Shown one piece after another: positions 28,815 through 39,859 of a stretch of 64,000 nucleotides of DNA. The notes under the pieces were generated by a model that did no database searches, was not told the origin of the DNA, and was given only the letters and a program-made list of their open reading frames with translations. The stretch covers positions 186,001 to 250,000 of the forward strand of contig OW569374.1 of NCBI GenBank assembly GCA_937625935.1. Direction: 5' to 3'. Positions within the stretch are counted from its first letter, which is position 1, and every line of letters starts with the position of its first letter. The position numbers were made by a program, and so were the translations under genes. This DNA comes from Tetramitus jugosus (Eukaryota; Protista; Heterolobosea).

Positions 28815-31493
28815 TTAGATTCCACCCGTTTCTGGAACTTTTTTGCTGCTTCTTCGCGGCTTTTTGTGTTTTGGGGCACTGGGGGAGAGGATGGGCAGTT
28901 GTTGATCCATTCGACGCTGTATCTCTTTGCGTGATGCACTCGATAGCTTCGGCAGTCGAAACACATTGATGATTTTCATGTTTGGAGCCAGAGACAACAA
29001 CTTTTGGATTGTTGAGTCAGTGAGCTTTGTTCTCCTCAAATCGGTCATCCTGAGCTTAGTGAATGGTTGGCTCTGTCCAAATTCTATTGCACGTAGCGAT
29101 GAATCATTGGCAATCAACGATACCAAATTATCCAAGTTCTCCAATTGAATCTCCTGTAGGTGTGGGCAGTTTTGTACCTGAATTGTCGTTAGACGAGGTT
29201 TGTTCACGAAACTTATTGTTCGTTCATTGTAATTCGTTAGGTGTATGGATTCTAGCAAGGTGGCGTTCCGTAAAACATGGGCAATAGAGTCATTCCCATC
29301 ATGCCATGTTGGTGGGTTAACAATATCCAATTGTTCAAGTTGCGAGAAGTCGACAGATGTCCATGTGCTCATATCTGAAGATACAATGGGAGATAAATCC
29401 ATCTTTCGAAGAGACACTGGAGTCAAAAACCCTATCGTTGAAAGAGAACAAAGCTTCACTGTCAATTCTTTCAGCTCTGGAGCCCATATTCTTACTTCAG
29501 ATAAATGATTCACGGAGAGAGAAGAGAGATTAGGACACTTAATGTAAACTGGAAAGGTAACGGAGGAGGGGCCAACAGATAATTCAGAAAGAACAACGTG
29601 TTCAATACGAATTTGTGGCACACCCTTAGGCACTATTTCCAAATCTAGTTTTCGAATCATCGTGCAGTCGCGAAGCCAATGACAAAATTGAGTCCATTTG
29701 AGAAGAGTCAGAGGATTGATAGCTCGAGCAGAGAGTTCCAATTCTTCAATTCCATGGCGCAATTTCTGTGTCACAAAGTCCCACATACACACTGATCTAT
29801 TATCTGTTTGGGTAATATTAACTCTTTTCACGTGATCGAATAATTGATGCTCAGAGTTCGATAACACTTGTATATTTGAGAGATTGTCAATCCTGACAGA
29901 GCTCAGAACAGTGAAATCGGTACTACGGGTTATATCTATAATTGACAGGGCCAAGCATTCACTGATAACAAGTTCGTGTAAATGAGCCTCATTTTCAAAG
30001 CTAATCTGCTTCAACGAACGAAGGCCATGTATATAAAGATGACCAATCTTTGAGGCATCAAGTCGAATTTCTTCTGTCCAAAAGAGTTTGCTGATATGAA
30101 CATGATTGATGAAGCGAGATCTGCGTATGATATCTTCGATTTGGGAGTGACTCATAAAAGAGTGATATGTCTTAAAGACTGATAGATATTGGAAATATGA
30201 CTCCTCTGAGTAGACAAAGGACGATACGCTATTAGATATGAACTCTCGTATTTCGTTACCAATATGAACTTGGGCGCTCACATCACGAGCGGTTAGATTG
30301 ATATGCTTGAGTGATTGGCAATTGATAACCACACTGATATTCGCTGAATCAATATGTAAATACAGATTTTCCAACTTATTGCTAGTTATTGTCAATCTAC
30401 TCTTTGGTTCAACTCCTGTCAACTTGATACTCATCCTGAGCGATGTCAATTGAGCAAACTTGTCACACAATTTATCAAACTCGACTTTCGATAGTTGTAT
30501 CCGATCGATGCGGAGATTCGTTAACATATTGAAATTCGACATGATTGGAGCGTCAGCTAAAAACAAATTGGACAGTCCTTCATAGTTTGTTCCGATTAGT
30601 CTCACACTTGATATTTGCGGCTGTGTTTCCTTCAACGACTCTAATAGTGAAAGTGGGACTAGTTGACTCGCACTTGTTTCATCATACAAGTGAATCAATT
30701 CAAAACTCTCAAGCTTATTCTGTTGATTTGCTAGAAAACGAGAAATGCTGGGCTGAAGAGCGACCATGACAGAGTTGATTTCAGTTGCCCCTCGCGTTGA
30801 TCCTTCACTGTCGACAGATAAACAGAAATGTTTCAACTTTTCAATATTCCCCAGTACGTTCATAATGCTTTCAAAGTGCTTGTACTGATCCGATTGAATA
30901 GAAATGTTCAAGTGTTGCACACTTACAAACAACTCCTTGAAAAATTTTAAATTTCTGGAAACGACGACTGCTGATTGAACATTGATTAGATTCCATTCCA
31001 CATATCTCACAAAACTGAACAATTTTTGCCTATATTCACTCGTGTCCAGACCGAGGTTAATCGCCCAAGTCTGCATCTCATTCAATCCATCAAAACTACT
31101 ACTGTTCTTCCTGCTCTGACATCGAAAGTTTTTCTTTCTAGAGTTGCGAGTGAGTGAAGAAGTGTCTCTCTCCATCAAGGCGTGACTCTCTTTAAGGGGA
31201 CTGGTATTGGCAGTGTAGTTTGATTGAGTTCTTGCGGGACCAATGATCACAGAGAACTGAACAAATAGCTCCCAAAACATGTCGTTGCCAATTACGTCGA
31301 ATCTCCATTGATTGCACACTTGCGAGCATGCCAAAATTTCATTCAATGATAAGTAACTGAATGTGATCATGAGAATATCGGTGGGTATATGGTGTGATGA
31401 TTGATGTGGTGAGATCGCATCAATCTCTTGAACGTCATCATCATCATCGCTCTCAATTTCAATAATTGTACTTTCGGTTCTTTGTCGCTTCAT
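28815..31493 (-). CDS. F-box/LRR protein with N-terminal SUMO-interacting-motif-like sequence
   Basis: F-box (IPTDILMITFSYLSLNEILACSQVCNQWR), degenerate LRRs, N-terminal IIEIESDDDDD, basic NLS-like ends. First ATG is at 31493. Confidence 0.82.
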   Translation of the reverse strand: MKRQRTESTIIEIESDDDDDVQEIDAISPHQSSHHIPTDILMITFSYLSLNEILACSQVCNQWRFDVIGNDMFWELFVQFSVIIGPARTQSNYTANTSPLKESHALMERDTSSLTRNSRKKNFRCQSRKNSSSFDGLNEMQTWAINLGLDTSEYRQKLFSFVRYVEWNLINVQSAVVVSRNLKFFKELFVSVQHLNISIQSDQYKHFESIMNVLGNIEKLKHFCLSVDSEGSTRGATEINSVMVALQPSISRFLANQQNKLESFELIHLYDETSASQLVPLSLLESLKETQPQISSVRLIGTNYEGLSNLFLADAPIMSNFNMLTNLRIDRIQLSKVEFDKLCDKFAQLTSLRMSIKLTGVEPKSRLTITSNKLENLYLHIDSANISVVINCQSLKHINLTARDVSAQVHIGNEIREFISNSVSSFVYSEESYFQYLSVFKTYHSFMSHSQIEDIIRRSRFINHVHISKLFWTEEIRLDASKIGHLYIHGLRSLKQISFENEAHLHELVISECLALSIIDITRSTDFTVLSSVRIDNLSNIQVLSNSEHQLFDHVKRVNITQTDNRSVCMWDFVTQKLRHGIEELELSARAINPLTLLKWTQFCHWLRDCTMIRKLDLEIVPKGVPQIRIEHVVLSELSVGPSSVTFPVYIKCPNLSSLSVNHLSEVRIWAPELKELTVKLCSLSTIGFLTPVSLRKMDLSPIVSSDMSTWTSVDFSQLEQLDIVNPPTWHDGNDSIAHVLRNATLLESIHLTNYNERTISFVNKPRLTTIQVQNCPHLQEIQLENLDNLVSLIANDSSLRAIEFGQSQPFTKLRMTDLRRTKLTDSTIQKLLSLAPNMKIINVFRLPKLSSASRKEIQRRMDQQLPILSPSAPKHKKPRRSSKKVPETGGI

Positions 31494-31543
31494 GTTTTTT
31501 GTTTGAAGAGCTTGCGTTTTTTGTATGCAACACACTCGGACAT

Positions 31544-32791
31544 TTATTTCGACTTGCTCGAAGGACGACTGAACTTTGAGAATAGGTCTCCTTTCTCAGA
31601 GAATGATGGAGATTGGGTTTGGGATAACTTTGCTGGCGATTGGGAGCTTGATAACGAAGTTTGTTGAGACGATACGATTGGGGGAGTCGTCGCTCTGAGA
31701 ATGGGAGACACTTTTGGAGCGCCGGAGCGAGGAGATGCTGAAGGGGAGGCCACAGTCCTTCCAGACAGAGATCTTTGGTTATTTGGTGTTGTTGGAGTCA
31801 TTCTCGATATCTTTCCCCCACTGAGCGGTGGACCTTGTTTGCTCATGGGTGTTCGAGCAATGATGGAACGAACATTCTTGACAGGATCAGGAGTACCAGG
31901 TGTTAGTTGACTAGGTTTTCGAAGTGGAGTGTTAAACGAAAGAAGTTTTCGTCCAATGAGTGAGGGAGAAGGCAATGGAGATCGTGGAGGTGGGAGCTTC
32001 TCGTGAGACATCTTGTTCTTGGGGTCACCTGAGCCAGATGGAGTGGGTCTATTGAAGGAGAACTTTGGTGGGACATTGGAAGATTCAAGAATAGATGATT
32101 TTAGAGCTTGTTGCATTCTCGAAGGCTTTTGTATGGGGGAAGCACTCATGGATCCAAGGAGGTTGAATTCTCTGGAGCTTGATGCTCTTGTGTCTTCTAC
32201 AACTCTTAGGTTTTCATTGGGATAGTGATTCAATTGTCTTTTCAAGTTTTCACACTCTGACTTTAGAGCTGAAATTTGGTTTCTTTGATCATTAATTACA
32301 TGCTGCGAAGATTGTTCTTGTTGTTGAATTTGACTCAGTTGGGATACAAGATGACTCCTTTCCTTCTTCAGTATCCTTATGAGAGACTCATAGTGACCCA
32401 TTTGAAACTCAATAATCTGAGAGGCAGAATCTAGGATATCGTTGGATTGAGAAACAACAAACTTTCTCACAGTGGGAGGCAAACCTTGGCCCTGAATACA
32501 AAAAATCGGTTAACAATCCGTTAGTTGAACAAGATATGTCACGTCTGATTCACTTACCCCGTCACCCAAAACAACAGCATCTACCTCCTTTTGACAAATG
32601 GGACAGAAAATGGTGGTTCGATTTGCCTCTCCTTTGTTGAATGAACGATTCAGAAAGTCAAACGAATTGTTCTTGTTGTTATTACAGCATGAATGGCACA
32701 TGAAATGCCCACATGACAGAAAAAAACTTTTAGGGGTGACATCATTACAGCATGCGTTGCACTGAGGGAAAAAGTGAGAGCTTTTTGACAT
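31544..32791 (-). CDS. RNF212: RING-finger pro-crossover E3 ligase, RNF212/Zip3 family; exons 32791-32558, 32491-31544
   Basis: N-terminal RING (CNAC...LSCGHFMCHSC...CPIC), intron 32492-32557 in frame, SQIIEFQ motif, coiled coil, S/T/P-rich tail. Confidence 0.75.
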
Positions 32792-32944
32792 GGATGTATT
32801 ATTTGTTTGTTGTAGTCGAGCAACCAACCACCGGAGAAAAAAAAAGCGGCAACGCGTGGCGGACATCATCTGTCGAAGGGATATCGGGGATTCTGAATTC
32901 GAGAGAAAAGCAGCAAAATACTAAAACAGATAGGCATCACCACC

Positions 32945-35900
32945 ATGAGCAATGCCTCGACGACTCCATTAACAAACGAACAAGCTGCCAAGTTGCTAGC
33001 TACATATGTCGACCAATACAGTGCTCAATTGTGTGATGGAAGAAGAACATTTACGTTGAACACATCCACACTGCGGTACATCAATGCCCGAATCAGAGAA
33101 TGGAAGAGAAGCTTGGAGAATGAAAAGAATCGTGTGTGATCCTCAATTATCATTCCATCTCACTCACAAATTTTTGTTGACTGCAAATTGGCTCACACCC
33201 CATTCTGTCTGTCATGTTGTTCTTTTTGTTTTGTTCGTTGTTTATAGAGCCAAGCAAGGCAGGTTTCGGTTCATGGTTGTGGAGTGCACTGTCACCAACG
33301 AGCAATAACTCTGATTCCAATCTTGCTTCAGACAATCAACTCGCTCCACTTGATTGTGAAGTGCTGGAGGAATTTTTCAATATTGTGCCAACAGTTAGAA
33401 TTCAGAGTAATAGACAAGCAGCCGAGATTGATTTATCCATGTTTTACAAATTATCAACATTGGAGGTTTGTCATCATTTCGGTCACTTGAACATGTTCAA
33501 CTCATATGCTCATATTCATTTTCATTGTGTTATTTTTGTAGTTGTCGAATTGCAGTATTGTATTTGCGAAGGGCTGTCATCAAGTAACGACTCTGCACTG
33601 CATTGAGTCACAAGTTGCCAATTTAAATATGTTTTATAAGACGAATAATTCTGATATGCTCATGCAGGAGGAATCAGAAGAAGATCGAGAAGCACTCGCG
33701 AACAGCGAATATGTGGACCCTGTTGAAAATCAGATGGACCAGCATCATATCAGTAGATCCACATCAGATGTTGTGAAGGGTCAATTGAAGCACCTAATTA
33801 TTTCATTCGTGGAGGATTTTGATTCTCAACCATTTATTTTTGAACGATGGAATCGAGAGCATTTACGAATGAATAACTTAATGTTGGAATATTTGGAGAG
33901 CTTGACAATACAGAAACTGTCCCCGACACCACAGTGGTTCAACATAGCGAATAGAACATCTATGCAGTTACCGCCTATTGTAAAATCGCCGATTAATGTG
34001 TTGTATCCGAGTATTTGGAAAAATTTGACAAAGTTGATTTGTATAGATTGTGGATTTACTTTTATTGTCGAAAATCCGGTGATGAGTGCAAATAGCGAAG
34101 TTGTTTACAAACATGGATTACAATATGCACCAAATTTGAAAGAAGTTGTATTTTCCTCTAATCAGATTAGCTCTATTCTCGAGGATCCATTTAACTCTGT
34201 GGGTCATTTCGACACAGACGGATTGGCACTCAGTGTTCAAACACTAGATTTGTCACATAATCTACTTCAATCAAAAATTGGAAGTTTTCACTACTTCGAT
34301 CGATTATTTATCAATATTAGAAGCCTCAACTTATCCAACAACAAGCTAACTCAAATAATGGACATTTGCCATCTCAGCATGCTTGAATCAATCAACTTGT
34401 CACATAATAATTTATCTGATTGGTCTGATGTTGAAAGTTTACAGCAGCTGTCTGAGCTACAGGAGCTGTGGTTAGAAGGAAACTTAGGTCTACAGGCAAA
34501 TTCAAACTATAGAGAGTATGCTTGTGGATTCTTCAGCCATCTGACAAAGGTATGATATGATTATTATGTTTTGTACACTTTCTTCATTTTGATGGTATAT
34601 TCATTCTTTTTGTTTAGTTGATGTTTGATGGTAAACTGGCTACCAAGTGGGAGTTAAATTATCATGAGAATGCCTACGGTCAAAAACGAAAATCAGGAGA
34701 GCTCTCTCGTTTGGCAGCTAGTCTTTCCTCTTCCTCCGATGACGAATCTATACTCTTAAATACTCCCGGCACTTTTGCTATTGTTTCTAGAGAAGATGGA
34801 ACTGCATTGGCGCATACAGATTTTAATACCAATCCCCAGAGGAAACCATCAACAATCAAGAAGGAAAAAAGAAAAGAAAAGAAGAAGGACAAGAAAAAAA
34901 AGAAGCGAACGGTTGAGTCAATGCCAATTGTTCTCTCAAAGACAGTCAACAATGAGATACCTCAACTATCGAGTGAATCCGCAACTCTTGAGAAAACAAA
35001 TGTACCTTTTGAACCAAATGACAAGGACCAAAACCGAATTAGACCTGCAATACAACAACGATTGGAGATGTTGAAGAAGGATGGTGGAGATCAATGGTTA
35101 CTTATTCTTAACGAGTTCATGGCGGATGCTTCTAAGAAGGTGACTCTTGAACCTACACCATCGAACCCCGTCATGATCAATAATAGCCAACCAAAAGAAG
35201 AAGCCAATTCGAGTTTATCAAAGTCACGAGAGAGAGCAATTAGTAGTTCCCTTTCTCATTCTCCACCTGTTCGGAAGGTTGAAAGAGAGTACGAAGAAAA
35301 GAGGACAGAACGATTGGTTAAGAAACAGGCCGAAGATGAAGCGCTCGAAAAGCTTATCAACGATTATGCAGAAGACTCTGAGGATGATGTTAATACTGTT
35401 GACTCAACGAAATCATTATCGAATTCGTTTAAGCACGAGCGGTATGGTTCTCTATCGGAACGACGAGGCTCTCTTAAAGTAAAAACAGAACCAAGCAGTA
35501 GTCCTGTATCCAGTAGTTCTCCGCATGACACCATCATAAACTCAGGAGAGACTATTGAAGAGGAGAAGAATCAACAAGTTACCAACGAAGATCATAGAGA
35601 GATAACTGATAATAATGAGACCAATGAACTCAAGATAGTTCCTACATCAACTCCTCTCGATTTTCAGACAGAAGAGGCCTCCTATATTGAGGAAACTCAG
35701 TTTACTATCGATGATATTCTTAATGAAGCAAGTGACAGTGACACAGATAGTGATGATTTTGAATCATATGATTCTTGTGATGAAAATGTTGAAGTAATTG
35801 ATGATGATATTTTGGCTCAGAATAACTCGATCGGTCAGAAAGAGAAGAGCAAGGAAATCAATCATGATAGGGTTTTTGAGCCAGTTATATTTCCTGTGCC

Positions 35901-38052
35901 ATTCAATCATACGAACAAACTTAGTAACGTATATGGAACTGATGAATACTCCAGCTTTTTCATCAACGACACCATGTCTGTATTTCGTTGTGATGATGCT
36001 GATAGTATCATAAAAGCTCGTGGCACTCACTTCTTCCGTCTCACCAACTATATTATAACGTCGAAATATAGAAACTGGTCTTGGTTAGTTCTTGATGAAC
36101 GATCAGTTGCGAAGGATTATTGGCGTACATTACATTGTATCGAAATAGGTACGGAGAGAGAGGACACTGTTTTGTTTCCTGAAATATTAGTGAGTGAAGA
36201 GGGAAACGCATCATTTGCACATCCAGAGAGATTTATGGACCTCATAACGGATCCTCTCTTTGTAGAAAACATTGTTTATAGAGTGACTTGTACTGAAGTT
36301 ACGAATCTTGCCCTGATAGCCACATCTTTCCCAACAATTGTAATGGATTATGTTCACAAGAACAGAACTCAACTCTCGCTGGAACACATAACGGACAATT
36401 TGAACGCAATATTTAAACAACAATTTGAGTTAAAGAAGAATATCACGGAATCAGTTGCTACACTTTCATCAGAAAGTGTTTCTGATATTATCTCTAAAAA
36501 TGAAGTTTTCTTCAAGACAACAGTTGAAAAGCAGGAGAAATCACAATTGAAAAAGGCGAAAATGGAGTACGCATCTGAAATATTGAAGAATCTTCCCTCC
36601 AGCATCAAACCATTGTATCGAACTGTGATCAGCGAAATGCAGACTAAAACTATTAATTTATTCGATTTAGATGCTAGAATGAGAGTAGGCTTAAATCCAT
36701 TGCCTATTTTACAGGACCACTGGGCACTGCAGTGCAGCTTAAATATTTTCCATGGAGATCCCAATGTCGACAACGAGGAAGTGTTTCTTCACGCACTTTA
36801 CTCGAATTATATTTTAAAAGAGAGCGATCTTGATTACGCCACATCGAGCTACATTGATAACAAGAAACTACAGGCATCCAAGAAAGCTTTGATAGGATCA
36901 CCAGGAGAGGAGATCAGTGCTGTAATTATTTTGTCAAATATGCACTTGTATATTCTCCTGGATACCAACATCAAAGAACACCCGCAACAAGGGCAATTTA
37001 TTGTTCTTGGTAAGTTTAATGTCCTCCTGCTACAACAATTACATACAGGATACAACAATCAACTCTTGCAGCTCGATTTTAGTGATCCAGATAGCGGAAG
37101 GTCCATGTCATATTTGTTACTGACTCGATGCCCTGACGCAACGAATCAATTGATCAAGTATATTATGCACTCTTGCACAGTTTGTTTTAGAGTATTTAAA
37201 CAGAGAAGCTATGAGTTTTTCAAGAGACTGCGGATTCATAATTATGATGTAGAATATGTGGAATTGTTAACCTCATTTTTAAAAAAGAATGTGAGAGTAG
37301 TTGATGGCAGCCAAGGTCTAAAACAACATTCAGACCCACTACATTTGAGAGCCTGTTTTCAGGGACACATTTCAGCGCATGATGATATCGAGCGTTCAAG
37401 TTTGCCATATTGTGCAAGTTTGAAGAGCATCTCTCCGTATGTTTATCCTGCATCTGCTTATGGATGTGGGAAGCTGTTTGCTCCTATCACCTTGTGTATC
37501 ACGTCAGAGTTCCTGGTTTTGTTTGAAGAGAATTTTGCCGTGTGGCCCATGGCTCTTCTCAACCAGAAATCCAATCATTTCCTTATGAAAAGAGAAGTAG
37601 CTAAATTGAGTAATATTCAGCGCATTGACAAGTATAGTCAGAACGTGATATGTATCCTGTTTGAGGTCAAAGATAATATGAAAATTGTGGATGGAAATAG
37701 AAGGTGGGTGTTCAATTTCTCTGATAAGGATACATGCGATGTGTGCGTGCGTACAATATGCGACACTTGGAAACAACTATTCCACATAGATCTCGAAGTA
37801 GTGACAACAACAAGAGGCGCCAGATCTGTCGAATCAGCCAAAATACAAACTGGAACAAGTTTGGATGCCAACAAGGGTGGTCTGTTTAACTTATTCAAAG
37901 GCAAGAAGAAGGCAACCGCGAATGAGAACCCCACAATGTCCACTTCGCCTGAAGTCCCTAACTCAACAAAGGTCAATTTGGATGATGAAGAAACCATTAG
38001 ACGTATCCAGGCACGAAGAAGAGCTCGGAGAGGTTCAGGTTACAATGCATAA
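32945..38052 (+). CDS. STK11IP/nischarin-like LRR protein; exons 32945-33131, 33248-33465, 33542-34549, 34618-38052
   Basis: Three GT-AG introns (33132-33247, 33466-33541, 34550-34617) join four ORFs in frame. SDS22-type LRRs (TLDLSHN, SLNLSNN, LWLEGN), LRR cap, and C-terminal PH-like regions. Confidence 0.7.
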
Positions 38053-38209
38053 TTTTTGGTGCTCCTGAAATAAATCGATACGTCCGACACTCCATGATCA
38101 GCAAATAAGTTAGTTTTATATGGAATGTGAATTTATGATGTCCACTCCGTGAGAAGCTTTCGTGTTCTCGACTGTCCACCAAAGTGCGTGGGTGTGAAAG
38201 GCACAAGAA

Positions 38210-39212
38210 CTAATCGCTCTTTCCCTTTGTAGCAGCACCATTTGTTGTTCGAGGTGAACTGTCTCCAAAGTACTTCTTGAAGAAGAATTGAAGAAACAGA
38301 ATCAAATAGGTTCCATACATGATGGAAACACCAATCATCATTGTAACTGGAGCCTTGCATTGACAGTTGCCTCTAGCAAAGAAGACATAGGCCCAAAGTG
38401 CATTTGCGATCACTCCAAAAATCATTTGTGCGATTTGACACATGGTCAACAGCTTGTTCCAGTTTGGTCTGTATCCAAATTCCTGTGAGTGTCAAAAGGG
38501 CAATGGATCATCACACGCCCATGTGTGTTAATCACTTACTTCAAGGGACAGAACAGATAACATCTCAACAAACAAACAACCAAACAAACAGACAGACAGA
38601 CAGACAATAGGAACACATGTGAAATCAAGTCACACTTACAGTCAAAAAGTAGTAAAAGTACATGATGGTATGAATGGCAGCATTGATGCAAATAAACACA
38701 TAACCAACAGTGTAATGATAATACTCGGCATACCAACTGGCCAACAAGACAGTTGCATGATGATACCAGTGAAGGAAAGGAACAGGCCTCGAAGGCTTCT
38801 TCACAATCAAGAAGAACGTGTCCAACAACTCCATAAATTTGCTCCAAATGAAAATATGGACCCAGAACAGTTGAGTAGAACGCTTAAACATCATGTCAGC
38901 CGAGTCACAGATACTACCTTCGATGAAACCCTTGTCCCTGATGATGATCACATAGGGAAAGATGATACCACTCACCATGAACAAGCTCAAGACTGAAAGG
39001 AACAAATTCCATGCAGCCATCACATATTTCAATGGAGTGGCATACTTTTCAGGATTCACCTTGGCCAATAGTTTTGGTAACAAGTGAACCATGCACAAAT
39101 AGAGACCAACAGTCGTAAAGGGTACGACATGAGTATAATGATTGAGAAAGTATGCTTCACTTGGGTCAAAAGCAAATGTTTCTTCATATTTGGCAAGTAA
39201 TACCTCTAGCAT
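38210..39212 (-). CDS. Fatty-acid elongase, GNS1/SUR4 (ELO) family; exons 39212-38640, 38482-38210
   Basis: SKFMELLDT, FLHWYHH, NAAIHTIMYFYY, T..QIAQM, YLILFLQFF, C-terminal dilysine-like KGKSD. Intron 38483-38639. Confidence 0.93.
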
Positions 39213-39859
39213 TTTTGTGCGTGTGTGATAATGACCAGGTAGGACGTCTGTTTTGCTGATTACGAGTTGTTGCTCCGCGCTTTTATTTCTTTTGTGTGAA
39301 GCAAGCCCCCTCCGGGTACAGTCGGCAACAATTCACCGGTGCAACCTTCGAATGATTTCTATGCTTCATCGAGTTGCAGGAATAAGGTTGGTTGTTAAAA
39401 AGGAAGGAGAAGCGATGCGGTCTTAGCTGTTCAATGAAATTCCCGGACCACACACGAACTGGCATAAATTTCTTCTTTGAAGAATAAGTGAGCTGCCAGA
39501 AAACGATCATTCAAACAGTTACAGTTTACAGACGTTCAATGAACACATCAGAACCCAAGAGAAGAGCAAAGCATTTTTCGCGTCCCATGCAAGACAAAAG
39601 ATCCGATGCAAAAATGAATCATACTCGAGCCAATGTTCGAAAATACCCTAAATCAAAGGACCAAAACAACCGCCAAGGCTTGTCATCTCCTCCTCCAGAA
39701 GAAGAACTTTTTATAAGTACCTGTTACCCGCACCTCTTCAAACACCAAAGAGCAATCAACTAAACACAACAAAATAACAACAACAACAAAACACACTTCT
39801 TCATTTGGTGGTGCTCTCTGATTTAGCTTTTCGCTTGCAAAAACAACAGCAATACAAGA

